From contig JAZRCP010000102.1 of NCBI GenBank assembly GCA_045659825.1, forward strand, positions 1-63,733: 63,733 nt of DNA, in the 5' to 3' direction. The stretch is from Dysosmobacter sp. (lineage in GTDB: Bacteria > Bacillota > Clostridia > Oscillospirales > Oscillospiraceae). Positions 7,393-17,530 of this stretch are shown in pieces (positions within the stretch are counted from its first letter, which is position 1; each line of letters starts with the position of its first letter). The notes beneath the pieces are model-generated. The model had not been told where the DNA came from, made no database searches, and worked only from the letters and a program-made list of their open reading frames with translations. The position numbers and the translations under genes were made by a program.

Positions 7393-9561
7393 TCATTCAG
7401 CGGTTTCTTCCGGCTTGGAAGTGTTTTCGGTTTTGGCGGAGGGTTCGGGGGTGGCAGGTGCTTCGGTTTCTGCGGGAGCCTCGATCTTCTCGGAGATCAT
7501 ATGCACTTTCTTGGCGGGGGCCTCGATGGCTGCATCGCGAGGCTTGGTGGATGCGTAGGGATTCTCCACCAGCGCGGGGTCGCGGCCCTCGATGATAGCC
7601 ACCATCTCGCCGCCGGTGATGGTTTCCTTCTCCATCAGGTAGGCCACCACCTTGTCCATGTCCTCACGGTTGGCTTTCAGGATTTCCACTGCGTCGGCGT
7701 AGGCTTTGTCCAGCAGTTCCTTCACGGCCTTATCCATGCGGGCGGCGGTGTCCTGTGCGCAGTCGATGCCGTAGCCGCCGTCCAGATACTGGCTGCGGCG
7801 GGAGGCCAGCGCCATCATGCCGAACTCGTCGCTCATACCGAACATGGCCACCATGTTGCGGGCCACGGCGGTGGCGTCCTGAATGTCCTGCGCGGCGCCG
7901 TTGGTCATGGTGTCCAGCACCACTTCCTCGGCGGCACGGCCGCCCATGGACACGGCGATGCGGCCCATCAGCTCGTCCTTGGTGCGCAGCTCCGTCTTGT
8001 CCTCCTCGGGCATCAGCAGGGTGTAGCCGAGGCTGCCCTGCGTGTGGGGGACAATGGTGATCTTCTGTACCGGTTCGGCGTTCTTCTGCTTGTAGGCCAC
8101 CATGGCGTGCCCCACTTCGTGGTAGGCCACCAGCTTCTTTTCAAACTCGGTGAGGACGCTGCCTTTTTTCTCCGTACCGGCGATGACCAGCTCGAAGGCG
8201 GCCAGCAGGTCCTCCTGTGTCACCAGCTTGCGGCCCTTGCGCACGGCGCGGAGGGCGGCTTCATTCACGAGGTTTGCAAGGTCTGCGCCCACGCAGCCTG
8301 CGGTGGCGAGGGCGACCTTCTTCAGGTCGACATCCTCACCCAGCTTGATGTTGCGGGTGTGGACCTGCAGTGTGGCGATACGGCCCGCCAGATTGGGGCG
8401 GTCGATGGTGATGCGGCGGTCGAAACGGCCGGGCCGCAGCAGGGCCTGGTCCAGCACCTCGGGGCGGTTGGTGGCCGCCAGCAGGATGATGCCGCGGGTG
8501 GGGTCGAAGCCGTCCATCTCCGCCAGCAGCTGGTTCAGGGTCTGTTCCCGCTCGTCGTTGCCGCCGAGGCGTCCGCCGTCACGGGATTTACCGATGGTGT
8601 CGATCTCGTCGATAAAAACGATGCAGGGGGCGACTTTCGCCGCTTCCTTGAAGAGGTCGCGGACACGGCTTGCGCCCACGCCCAGGAACATCTCCACAAA
8701 GTCGGAACCGGAGATGGAGAAGAAGGGTACATTGGCCTCGCCGGCCACGGCCTTGGCGAGGAGGGTCTTACCGGTGCCCGGAGGGCCTACCAGCAGCGCG
8801 CCCTTGGGGAGCTTTGCGCCGATCTCGGTGTATTTGCCGGGGTTGTGGAGAAAGTCGATGATTTCCGTCAGGGACTCCTTGGCCTCGTCCTGACCGGCCA
8901 CGTCGCGGAAGGTGACGCCGGTCTTGCGTTCCATATAGACCTTGGCGTTGGCCTTGCCCACGCCGCCGATGCCGCCCATGCCGCCGCCGCGCTTGGCCAT
9001 TACGTTCATAATGACGGTCATCACCAGCAGGACGATGAAGAAGGGAGCCAGATTCACAAGGAACAGCAGGATGGGGCTCATGGGAGGCACATAGTCCTCG
9101 TTGATGCGCAGGCTGCCGTCGTCCCACTCGTTCAGGAAGGCGATGGTGGCGTCGTTGGATTCGATCTGCACGGTGAACAGCTGCAGGTGGGCCTGCTGTT
9201 CCTTGCCGTTTTCATCCAGATAGGTGTAGACGCTGTTGCCGTCCTCGTCGGTGGACTTGGTGTGGGCCACGCCCTCGGCATCGGTGTAAACGTAGCCGTC
9301 CTGCGGGGTGATGAGGAGGATGGCCTCCTCGGTGTCAAAGTCCACGCCGGAGACCTGATGCGACTTTACCATGTCGCGGAAGTCGCTGTATTCCACTTCC
9401 ACATTGGAGGCCTGATGGCCCGCGCTGGTCATGTAGTTGCCGGCGTAGCCGAGGATGGTGGTCAGCAGCACCGCCCAGCAGATCAGGGAGAGAAAGCCGC
9501 GCCAGTTGCTGCCGCCCTTTCCGCCCCGGATAGGGGTCTTTTTCTTGTTGTTGGGATTCAT
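7393..9561 (-). CDS. ftsH: ATP-dependent zinc metalloprotease FtsH
   Basis: Two N-terminal TM segments, [39 protein letters not shown]. Confidence 0.97.
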   Translation of the reverse strand: MNPNNKKKTPIRGGKGGSNWRGFLSLICWAVLLTTILGYAGNYMTSAGHQASNVEVEYSDFRDMVKSHQVSGVDFDTEEAILLITPQDGYVYTDAEGVAHTKSTDEDGNSVYTYLDENGKEQQAHLQLFTVQIESNDATIAFLNEWDDGSLRINEDYVPPMSPILLFLVNLAPFFIVLLVMTVIMNVMAKRGGGMGGIGGVGKANAKVYMERKTGVTFRDVAGQDEAKESLTEIIDFLHNPGKYTEIGAKLPKGALLVGPPGTGKTLLAKAVAGEANVPFFSISGSDFVEMFLGVGASRVRDLFKEAAKVAPCIVFIDEIDTIGKSRDGGRLGGNDEREQTLNQLLAEMDGFDPTRGIILLAATNRPEVLDQALLRPGRFDRRITIDRPNLAGRIATLQVHTRNIKLGEDVDLKKVALATAGCVGADLANLVNEAALRAVRKGRKLVTQEDLLAAFELVIAGTEKKGSVLTEFEKKLVAYHEVGHAMVAYKQKNAEPVQKITIVPHTQGSLGYTLLMPEEDKTELRTKDELMGRIAVSMGGRAAEEVVLDTMTNGAAQDIQDATAVARNMVAMFGMSDEFGMMALASRRSQYLDGGYGIDCAQDTAARMDKAVKELLDKAYADAVEILKANREDMDKVVAYLMEKETITGGEMVAIIEGRDPALVENPYASTKPRDAAIEAPAKKVHMISEKIEAPAETEAPATPEPSAKTENTSKPEETAE

Positions 9562-9755
9562 GTATTGATACTCCTTTCGGATCGCAGCCGAAATATTTCA
9601 AAGTATAAGGCAGTATATCACAGTTACGGCGCCCTCACAAGAACGAGCCGTGTCTTTTTCGTGAAGTTTCTGTAAATTCACCCTTTATTGTACCCCGCAG
9701 ATATGGTATACTACTACGGAGTATGGATAAAAATCTTCGAACGGGGAGTAACGAT

Positions 9756-10523
9756 ATGGACGAACAGAGAAAAAATGCCATGACCGCCGAAGCCGACGGC
9801 GTCATCGAGGGACGCAATGCCGTCATCGAGGCCCTGCGGGCAGGCGAGAACATCGATAAAATTTACATTCTGAAGGGCGAGACGGACAAGACGCTGGGCC
9901 ACATCGCCTCCAAGGCCCGCGCCGCCGGTATCGTGGTGGTGGACGCGGACAAGCGCAAGCTGGACAACATGAGCCGCACCCACGCCCATCAGGGCGTCAT
10001 CGCGCTGGCCGCCGTGCGGGAATACGTCAGCGTGGAGAGCATTCTCGAAGCCGCTGCCGCCAAGGGCGAAAAGCCCCTGCTGGTGATCTGCGACGAGATT
10101 TCCGACCATCACAACTTAGGCGCCATCATCCGTACCGCCGAGTGTGCCGGAGCCCATGGCGTGGTTATTCCCAAGCGCCGCAGCGCGGGCCTCACCGCCG
10201 TGGTAGCCAAGACCTCCGCAGGCGCCGTGGCTCATGTGCCCGTGGCCCGCGTCCCCAATATTCCCTCTCTGCTGAAGGATTTGAAGAAGCAGGGTGTGTG
10301 GGTGTTCGGCACGGCCGCAAACGGCACTACCAATCTCTATGACGCCGACCTCAAGGGCGCGGCAGCCATCGTCATCGGCAGCGAGGGTGAGGGCATGACC
10401 CGCCTTGCTGAGGAGAACTGCGACTTCCTTGTGAGTATTCCCATGCGGGGCAAGCTGAATTCTCTGAATGCCTCCGCCGCCGCGGCCATTTTGCTGTACG
10501 AGGCCGTGCGACAGAGAAGTTGA
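9756..10523 (+). CDS. rlmB: 23S rRNA G2251 2'-O-methyltransferase (TrmH/SPOUT)
   Basis: GRNAVIEAL, HQGVIA, DHHNLGAIIRTA, GSEGEG, SLNASAA. Confidence 0.92.
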   Translation: MDEQRKNAMTAEADGVIEGRNAVIEALRAGENIDKIYILKGETDKTLGHIASKARAAGIVVVDADKRKLDNMSRTHAHQGVIALAAVREYVSVESILEAAAAKGEKPLLVICDEISDHHNLGAIIRTAECAGAHGVVIPKRRSAGLTAVVAKTSAGAVAHVPVARVPNIPSLLKDLKKQGVWVFGTAANGTTNLYDADLKGAAAIVIGSEGEGMTRLAEENCDFLVSIPMRGKLNSLNASAAAAILLYEAVRQRS

Positions 10524-10543
10524 TCCCACAGTAAGGAGCCTTT

Positions 10544-12589
10544 ATGACAAGCAGAGACGAGACAACCAAATACGGCGCGGCTCTGCCGGAGGACGATTTC
10601 CTGCTGGAGGAAATTCTGGCCGAGTATGGCGGCGGGCGGGAGCAGAAGCTGATGCGGGATGTGGAGCATGAACTGGATCCACTGAAAAAGATGCGTCTGC
10701 AGCCAACCGCACCGATGCCCGAAACGCCTAAGCAGCCGAAAGAGAAAAAGCCGGAAAAGCCGGTTCTGCCCGAGCCTCCCAAGCCCCTTACCCTGAAGGA
10801 TGTGGTGGGAGATACAGTGGAGGCCGTCATGGAGGAAAACCGGGAGAATATCCTGCCTCCCAAGCGGAGCCTCTTTTCCAGACGGAAATTAGAGGAGACC
10901 GAGCAGTTGTACGACACAACGGATGCGCCGGAACCGGAGCCGGAGGTCGTGCCGGAACCCATCGGGCCGGAGAAGGACCTGTACGAGGCTGCGGCCGAAA
11001 ACCGCCTGCAGATGCAAAGTGCCCGCAGTACGCTGCTGCCTGCTTTTTTGACGGCGCTGGTGCCGGTGGTGCTGATGCTGGCGGAGCAGGTGGGCGGACT
11101 GGTGATCCCTTACTGGACGGGGGATATAGGGGTGCAGAGCATCGTGCTGCTGGCCTGCCTGCTCATCACGGCGCTGTTGTGCCGGCAGGTATTGGTGTAT
11201 GCGGTGCGGCAACTGCGGAAGCGGCGCTGTACCTGTGAACTGGTGATTTGTGTGTCCGCGCTGGTTGCCGCCGCGGACTGTGCGGCGTACCTTGCGGCTG
11301 CGGGGCGTACCGCTGTGGCCCCTTACGGCAGCGCGGCTGTGCTGGCGCTGGCCTTTGCCCAGACGGGCGTGTTCCGCCGGTACCGCGGTATGTACGACAC
11401 CTACCGCGCGGCGGCCATCGACGATGCGCCGCCTTATCTGGTGACGGATACCGCCCGCGGTGCCTGTAAGCAGCGGGGTTCCATCGCCGGATTTTATACC
11501 GCTGCTGGGAAGCCGGATACCGCCACCTCCTGGCAGGCGGCGCTGATGCCGGTGGTACTGGTGGGCAGCGTGGTATTTGCCGTGCTCAGTTCCTTCGGAC
11601 AGGGACGCGGAGGCGATTTCCTGCTGAACTGGTCAGTGATTCTGGCGGCAGGCGCCACCTTTTCTATGCCCCTGAGCTGGCCGCTGCCGTGGTCCAAGCT
11701 GACGGCTCATCTGCAAAAGACCGGCTGTGCCGTGGCGGGCTGGTACGGCGCGGAGGCCATCAGCCGCCATAAGAGCATGATCGTCACGGACGCGGACCTG
11801 TTCCCGCCCGGCACCATCCAGCTCAACGGCGTGAAGGTTTACAGCGAGGAGATGCGGGTGGCCGTGTCCCACGCCGCCACGGTGGCCCGTGCCGCCGGCA
11901 GCGGACTGGAGCGGCTGTTTGACGGGCTGCTTCGCAGTGAGCTGGGCCATTACGAAACGCTGGAGGACTTCAGCTTCTATGCCGAGGGCGGCTGGTCCGG
12001 CACCATCCGGGGCGAGAGCATCCTGCTGGGAACGGCCTCGTTTATGAAGAAGATGGACGTGCGCATCCCACCGGACATCAACCTGAAAACCGGCATCTTT
12101 CTGGCGGTGGACCGCCAGCTGACGGCGGTGTTTGCCGTGAAGTACCAGCCTTCGGAGCATGTGGACTTTGCCTTGCGGATGACCCAGCGCAGCCATATTA
12201 CGCCGATTCTGGCGGTGCGGGACCCCAACATCACGCCGCAGCTGCTGCAGCGCAAGTTCCACAAGGGCGTACGTGTCCAGTATCCGGACATCACCACCCG
12301 CGTGGCCCTCAGCGAGGCGGAAAACGACCGGGATCTGCCCCGGGCCTTGCTGCAGCGGGAGGGCATGCTGCCCTTTGCCGAGGTGGTGGCAGGCAGCCGT
12401 CGGCTGTGTCAGGCAGTGCGGCGGTCCGTGGCGCTGTCGCTGCTGGGCAGCATCGTGGGCACGCTGTTGGCCTTCTACCTGATGTTCCTCGGGTCCTACG
12501 CCCTGCTGACGCCCATGGCGCTGGTGGCATTCCTGCTGCTGTGGACGCTGCCGGTGCTGCTGATGGCGGACTGGACGGGACGATATTAA
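10544..12589 (+). CDS. Membrane protein, degenerate heavy-metal P-type ATPase-like
   Basis: Multi-TM; C-terminal half follows P1B-ATPase segments by eye but lacks CPC, DKTGT, TGES and GDGxND. Confidence 0.6.
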   Translation: MTSRDETTKYGAALPEDDFLLEEILAEYGGGREQKLMRDVEHELDPLKKMRLQPTAPMPETPKQPKEKKPEKPVLPEPPKPLTLKDVVGDTVEAVMEENRENILPPKRSLFSRRKLEETEQLYDTTDAPEPEPEVVPEPIGPEKDLYEAAAENRLQMQSARSTLLPAFLTALVPVVLMLAEQVGGLVIPYWTGDIGVQSIVLLACLLITALLCRQVLVYAVRQLRKRRCTCELVICVSALVAAADCAAYLAAAGRTAVAPYGSAAVLALAFAQTGVFRRYRGMYDTYRAAAIDDAPPYLVTDTARGACKQRGSIAGFYTAAGKPDTATSWQAALMPVVLVGSVVFAVLSSFGQGRGGDFLLNWSVILAAGATFSMPLSWPLPWSKLTAHLQKTGCAVAGWYGAEAISRHKSMIVTDADLFPPGTIQLNGVKVYSEEMRVAVSHAATVARAAGSGLERLFDGLLRSELGHYETLEDFSFYAEGGWSGTIRGESILLGTASFMKKMDVRIPPDINLKTGIFLAVDRQLTAVFAVKYQPSEHVDFALRMTQRSHITPILAVRDPNITPQLLQRKFHKGVRVQYPDITTRVALSEAENDRDLPRALLQREGMLPFAEVVAGSRRLCQAVRRSVALSLLGSIVGTLLAFYLMFLGSYALLTPMALVAFLLLWTLPVLLMADWTGRY

Positions 12590-12838
12590 ATCCATTACGC
12601 GGAAACCGGAGAAAGCACCTTCGGTTTCCGCGTTTTTTTGAGCGGAAGTGAAAAAAATCGCAGGCGTTTTTTGACTTCCTGCCCAAAATGTGAAAGCTGT
12701 TGAAATTTTAGTTGTATTAGTGCGGGGAACATTGTATAATTCATACATTAGGGTTTTCACGGTCCCGTGTGGCTTGGCAACAGGCTGCGGCACCGTCTGG
12801 AACGCTTTGAAAGCATCAACATAAGGAGTGTAAATCAA

Positions 12839-14914
12839 ATGAGCAATTCTGTACAGAACATCCGCAACGTCTGCTTGCTGGGACACAGCGGCAGCGGCAA
12901 GACCGCCCTGACGGAGAGCCTGCTTTATATGACCGGTGCCATCGACCGCATGGGCCGCGCTGTGGACGGCAACACCGTCTGCGACTACGATCCCGAAGAA
13001 GTCAAGCGGCAGATCTCCCTGTCCACCTCTGTGGCACCCGTTGATTTTACCGGCTGCCGCATCAACGTGCTGGACACCCCGGGCGCATTTGATTTCGCCG
13101 GCGAAGTGATGGAGGCTCTTCGCGCTTCCGACGCTGCCATCATCGTCTGCTCTGCCAAGGACGGCGTGTCCGTTGGTCTGGAGAAGGCATGGAAGTACTG
13201 CGAAGAGCGCAACATGCCCCGCTTCATCTATATTTCCAAGACCGATGAGGAAAACAGCGACTACAACGCCACCTTCGAGGCCCTGCGCGAGAAGTTCGGC
13301 AACAAGATCGCTCCTCTGGTCGTGCCCATCTGGAACGCTGACAGAAAGGTCACCGGCATCATCGACGTGCTGAACAAGCGCGCCTATGAGATGCAGAACC
13401 TCAAGCGCGTGGAGATCGAGCTGCCCTCCGACAAGCAGGACGTGGTGGAAGAGTTCCACGATGCACTGAAGGAATCCGTCGCTGAGACCAGCGAGGAGTT
13501 CATGGAGAAGTTCTTCGGCGGTGAGGATTTCACCTACGCCGAAATGATCCAGGGTCTGCGTCAGGGCGTCCGCGATCTGAGCATGTTCCCCGTGTTCTGC
13601 GGCAGCGCCGTCAACTGCATGGGCAGCCTGATGCTGATGGACTACATCGTGGACCTGCTGCCCAACCCCACCGAGGGCAACTATCACAAGGCCACCACCG
13701 CCGACGGCGCCACCCAGGAATTCGTGGTTTCTCCCGGCGGCGTGCCCACCGCATTCGTGTTCAAGACCGTTTCCGATCAGTACGGCAAGTACTCCTTCGT
13801 GAAGGTCCTCTCCGGCAGCATCACCCCCGATATGGCCATGGTCAATGCCCGTACCGGCAGCAGCGAAAAGCTGGGCCGCCTGTACTCCATGCGCGGCAAG
13901 AAGACCACCGAAGTCAAGGAACTGGGCTGCGGCGACATCGGCGTTATCGCCAAGATGGATAAGGTCAAGACCGGCGACACCCTGTGTGACGCCCGTAAGG
14001 TCGTGTCCCTGAAGAACATCCCCTTCGCAGAGCCCTGCTACTCCGTGGCCATCGTGCCCAAGACCCGCGGTCAGGAAGACAAGATCGCTCAGGGCCTGAA
14101 CCGTCTGAACGAGGAAGATCCCTCCTTCTCCGTCACCAACAACGCCGAGACCCACCAGATGGTCCTCACCGGCGCCGGCGATATTCAGGTCGACGTTCTG
14201 GTCAGCAAGCTGAAGACCCGCTTCAATGTGGAAGCCGAGCTGAAGCCCACCCGCGTTGCCTATCGTGAGAAGATCCGCAAGACCGTCCAGAAGCAGGGCC
14301 GTCATAAGAAGCAGACCGGCGGCAGCGGCCAGTTCGGTGACGTTTGGGTCCGTTTCGAGTACAACCCCGATGAGGAAGAGATGGTCTTCGCAGAAGAAGT
14401 CTTCGGCGGCTCCGTGCCCCGCAACTTCTTCCCCGCCGTCGAAAAGGGACTGCGCGAGGCCTGCGTCCATGGTCCTCTGGCCGGCTATCCCGTCGTGAAC
14501 CTGAAGGCCGTTCTGTACGATGGCTCCTACCATCCCGTCGACTCCTCCGAAATCGCTTTCAAGACCGCCGCTCAGCTGGCCTTCAAGGCCGCTCTGCCCG
14601 AGGCAAATCCCTGCCTGCTGGAGCCCGTCGGTGAGCTGAAGGTCACCGTGCCCGACAGCTACATGGGCGACGTCATCGGCGACCTGAACAAGCGTCGCGG
14701 CCGCGTCATGGGTATGGATCCCACCGGCGACGGTGAGCAGATCATCTCCGCGGAAGTTCCCATGGGCGAGATGGGCAGCTATGCCATCGATCTGCGCTCC
14801 ATGACTCAGTCCCGCGGCAGCTTCACCTTCCACTTTGTCCGCTACGAGGATTGCCCCCCCGCAGCACAGGAGAAGGCTATCGCTGAAGCCAAGGCTCTGG
14901 CTGAACAGAACTAA
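12839..14914 (+). CDS. fusA: Elongation factor G paralogue (EF-G2-like)
   Basis: GHSGSGKT, DTPG, HKKQTGGSGQFG, DGSYHPVDSSE; stand-alone, outside the str operon. Confidence 0.9.
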   Translation: MSNSVQNIRNVCLLGHSGSGKTALTESLLYMTGAIDRMGRAVDGNTVCDYDPEEVKRQISLSTSVAPVDFTGCRINVLDTPGAFDFAGEVMEALRASDAAIIVCSAKDGVSVGLEKAWKYCEERNMPRFIYISKTDEENSDYNATFEALREKFGNKIAPLVVPIWNADRKVTGIIDVLNKRAYEMQNLKRVEIELPSDKQDVVEEFHDALKESVAETSEEFMEKFFGGEDFTYAEMIQGLRQGVRDLSMFPVFCGSAVNCMGSLMLMDYIVDLLPNPTEGNYHKATTADGATQEFVVSPGGVPTAFVFKTVSDQYGKYSFVKVLSGSITPDMAMVNARTGSSEKLGRLYSMRGKKTTEVKELGCGDIGVIAKMDKVKTGDTLCDARKVVSLKNIPFAEPCYSVAIVPKTRGQEDKIAQGLNRLNEEDPSFSVTNNAETHQMVLTGAGDIQVDVLVSKLKTRFNVEAELKPTRVAYREKIRKTVQKQGRHKKQTGGSGQFGDVWVRFEYNPDEEEMVFAEEVFGGSVPRNFFPAVEKGLREACVHGPLAGYPVVNLKAVLYDGSYHPVDSSEIAFKTAAQLAFKAALPEANPCLLEPVGELKVTVPDSYMGDVIGDLNKRRGRVMGMDPTGDGEQIISAEVPMGEMGSYAIDLRSMTQSRGSFTFHFVRYEDCPPAAQEKAIAEAKALAEQN

Positions 14915-15072
14915 AAGACTTATGAAAATGTCCGGAGAGAAATCTCCGTACATTTTTTGTTAGGGTAATTTTGGCTCACGCAGGATCTGTCGGTGTCCAC
15001 TACATATAAATAAAATGACTGCCCGGTTCGCGGCAAGAATGCCTTTTCTCCGCCGGACCGGAAAAATTTTGA

Positions 15073-15142
15073 AAATAAATAGTAATAATTCTTATTATTG
15101 TTGCAAAAGCCACAGGCAAACATTCGAATATGCTGTTATACT
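15073..15142 (+). promoter_or_regulatory. Rubrerythrin-1 promoter with Fur/PerR-like AT-rich palindrome
   Basis: TAATAATTCTTATTA 15083-15097; GTTGCAAAAGCCAC 15100-15113; TGtTATACT. Confidence 0.5.
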
Positions 15143-15213
15143 TCAATCATCCCAAGGGGAACAACAAAGAACTAACAAAAAATAATATAAAATCATCTGA
15201 GGAGGAAAAAAGT

Positions 15214-15801
15214 ATGAAGAAGTGGGTCTGCAACGTTTGCGGTTATGTGCATGAAGGTGAGAGCGCTCCTGAGAAGTGCCCCGTCTGCAAGGTTCCGGCT
15301 GAGAAGTTCAGCGAGGTCAAGGGCGAGATGAAGCTGGCTGCCGAGCACGAGTATGGGATCTACGGCAAGACCGTGAAGAACAATCCCGACATTTCTGAGG
15401 AAGATAAGAAGTACATCTTCGAGCAGCTGATGGCCAACTTCAATGGCGAGTGCGCTGAGGTCGGCATGTACCTGTGCATGGCCCGCATCGCCCACCGCGA
15501 GGGCTATCCCGAGATCGGCCTGTACTGGGAGAAGGCAGCCTACGAGGAGGCTGAGCACGCTTCCAAGTTTGCAGAGCTGCTGGGCGAGGATCTGGAGCCG
15601 CAGATGCGCGCCGACACCAAGTCCAACCTGGCCTGGCGTGTGGACTGCGAGTACGGTGCTACCAACGGCAAGTTCGATCTGGCCAAGGTCGCCAAGATGA
15701 ACAACCTGGATGCCATCCACGACACCGTCCACGAGATGGCTCGCGATGAGGCCCGTCACGGCAAGGCTCTGGAGGGCTTGCTGAATCGTTACTTCAAGTA
15801 A
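15214..15801 (+). CDS. rbr: Reverse rubrerythrin (NADH peroxidase), copy 1
   Basis: N-terminal CxxCGY..CPVC; ferritin-like EEAEHA and DEARHG. Confidence 0.93.
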   Translation: MKKWVCNVCGYVHEGESAPEKCPVCKVPAEKFSEVKGEMKLAAEHEYGIYGKTVKNNPDISEEDKKYIFEQLMANFNGECAEVGMYLCMARIAHREGYPEIGLYWEKAAYEEAEHASKFAELLGEDLEPQMRADTKSNLAWRVDCEYGATNGKFDLAKVAKMNNLDAIHDTVHEMARDEARHGKALEGLLNRYFK

Positions 15802-15834
15802 ACTGTTCCGAAAGAAGATAAGGAGGATTTTGAT

Positions 15835-15990
15835 ATGGAAAAGTATGTATGCCCCTGCGGTTATGTTTACGATCCCGCCGTCGGTGATCCCGATAACGGC
15901 GTAGCTCCCGGCACCGCCTGGGAGAATGTACCTGAAGACTGGGTGTGCCCTACCTGCGGTTTGGGCAAGGACGTTTTCGAGAAGGAATAA
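15835..15990 (+). CDS. rd: Rubredoxin, 51 aa (not in the ORF track)
   Basis: [51 protein letters not shown]; RBS AAGGAGG. Confidence 0.93.
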   Translation: MEKYVCPCGYVYDPAVGDPDNGVAPGTAWENVPEDWVCPTCGLGKDVFEKE

Positions 15991-16058
15991 GTGCTGAACA
16001 GGGGGGCGGGAATCCGCTCCCCTGTTTTTGCGAAATGTGTTGAAAAAGGGGAAACCGT

Positions 16059-16670
16059 ATGGATCAAAAGGCGCTTTACAAACTGACCTATGGTCTGTAT
16101 CTTCTGACCGCCCGGGAGGACGGGCGGGATAATGGCTGCATCATCAATACGGCGGTGCAGGTGGCAAACGATCCCGTTCGCATTTCTGTCAGCGTCATCA
16201 GGGGGAATCATACCTGCGTTATGATCCGCCGCACCGGGGTGTTCAATGTGTCCGCCATCACCATGGATGCAAGCTTTGCGCTGTTTCAGCACTTTGGGAT
16301 GCAGTCCGGACGGGATACGGACAAGTTTGCAGGCTTTGACGGCGTGAGCCGCAGCGAAAACCGCCTGTACTACCTGACAAAGACCGCAGGTATGTACCTC
16401 TCCGCGCGGGTGGTGCAGGAGAGCGATCTGGGCAGCCATATGCTGTTTATTGCGGAGGTGACGGACGGGGCTGTGACCGGCAGCGCGCCGGAATGCACCT
16501 ATGCCCACTACCAGAACGAGATCAAACCGAAGCAGAAACAGAACGACGGAAAGAAACGCTGGGTCTGTTCGGTATGCGGCTATATTTACGAGGGTGAATC
16601 CGTGCCGGACAACTTCCTCTGCCCGCTGTGCAAGCACGGAAAAGAGGATTTCGTGCTGACGGAAACATAA
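16059..16670 (+). CDS. Flavin reductase-rubredoxin fusion (Hrb-like)
   Basis: YGLYLLT..NGCIINT flavin-reductase domain; C-terminal CSVCGY..CPLCKH. Confidence 0.88.
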   Translation: MDQKALYKLTYGLYLLTAREDGRDNGCIINTAVQVANDPVRISVSVIRGNHTCVMIRRTGVFNVSAITMDASFALFQHFGMQSGRDTDKFAGFDGVSRSENRLYYLTKTAGMYLSARVVQESDLGSHMLFIAEVTDGAVTGSAPECTYAHYQNEIKPKQKQNDGKKRWVCSVCGYIYEGESVPDNFLCPLCKHGKEDFVLTET

Positions 16671-16720
16671 CAGCGAGGGAGGCCCCAAAGGCCTCCTTTT
16701 TTTGAAAAAAACTTTTTAAA

Positions 16721-16764
16721 AGTTGCTTATGCAACTGTTGAATATTCGAATATGCTGTTATACT
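16721..16764 (+). promoter_or_regulatory. Rubrerythrin-2 promoter with perfect palindrome AGTTGC-N4-GCAACT
   Basis: Palindrome 16721-16736; TGtTATACT 16756-16764. Confidence 0.6.
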
Positions 16765-16839
16765 AAGACCATCTCAAGGGGAAAACAAAACAAATAAAAA
16801 ACAGTAAAGCATATAAAGAATTCAAGGAGGAAATGAGTT

Positions 16840-17427
16840 ATGAAGAAATGGGTCTGCTCTGTTTGCGGTTATGTGCACGAGGGTGAAACTGCTCCCGAAA
16901 AGTGCCCCGTCTGCAAGGTTCCCGCTGAAAAGTTCAACGAGGTCAAGGGTGAGATGAAGCTGGCTGCCGAGCATGAGTACGGCATCTACGCCAAGACCGT
17001 GAAGAATAACCCCGACATTTCCGAGGAAGATAAGAAGTACATCTTTGAGCAGCTGATGGCCAACTTCAACGGCGAGTGCTCCGAGGTCGGCATGTACCTG
17101 TGCATGGCCCGCATTGCTCACCGTGAGGGTTATCCCGAGATCGGCCTGTACTGGGAGAAGGCCGCCTATGAAGAGGCCGAGCATGCTGCCAAGTTCGCAG
17201 AGCTGCTGGGCGAGGATCTGGAGCCGCAGATGCGCGCCACCACCAAGGACAACCTCAAGTGGCGCGTGGACTGCGAGTACGGCGCAACCGCCGGCAAGTT
17301 TGATCTGGCCAAGGTCGCCAAGATGAACAATCTGGATGCCATCCATGACACCGTCCACGAGATGGCCCGCGATGAGGCCCGTCACGGCAAGGCTCTCGAG
17401 GGTCTCCTCAACCGTTACTTTAAGTAA
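16840..17427 (+). CDS. rbr: Reverse rubrerythrin, copy 2
   Basis: Near-identical protein to copy 1. Confidence 0.93.
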   Translation: MKKWVCSVCGYVHEGETAPEKCPVCKVPAEKFNEVKGEMKLAAEHEYGIYAKTVKNNPDISEEDKKYIFEQLMANFNGECSEVGMYLCMARIAHREGYPEIGLYWEKAAYEEAEHAAKFAELLGEDLEPQMRATTKDNLKWRVDCEYGATAGKFDLAKVAKMNNLDAIHDTVHEMARDEARHGKALEGLLNRYFK

Positions 17428-17530
17428 GAAGTACATAATAGGAGGGAGCGGAAATTCCGCTCCCTCTTTTCTGTCAAAATAACGCAAAAACACCCCGTTG
17501 TATCCAACCGGATACAACGAGGTGATTCTT

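Noticed and set aside
7378-9675. 765-aa plus-strand ORF
   Set aside because: Antisense shadow of ftsH caused by GC-rich codon bias; no RBS or motifs.
11633-14953. 1106-aa minus-strand ORF
   Set aside because: Antisense to EF-G and the membrane protein; typical shadow-frame composition.
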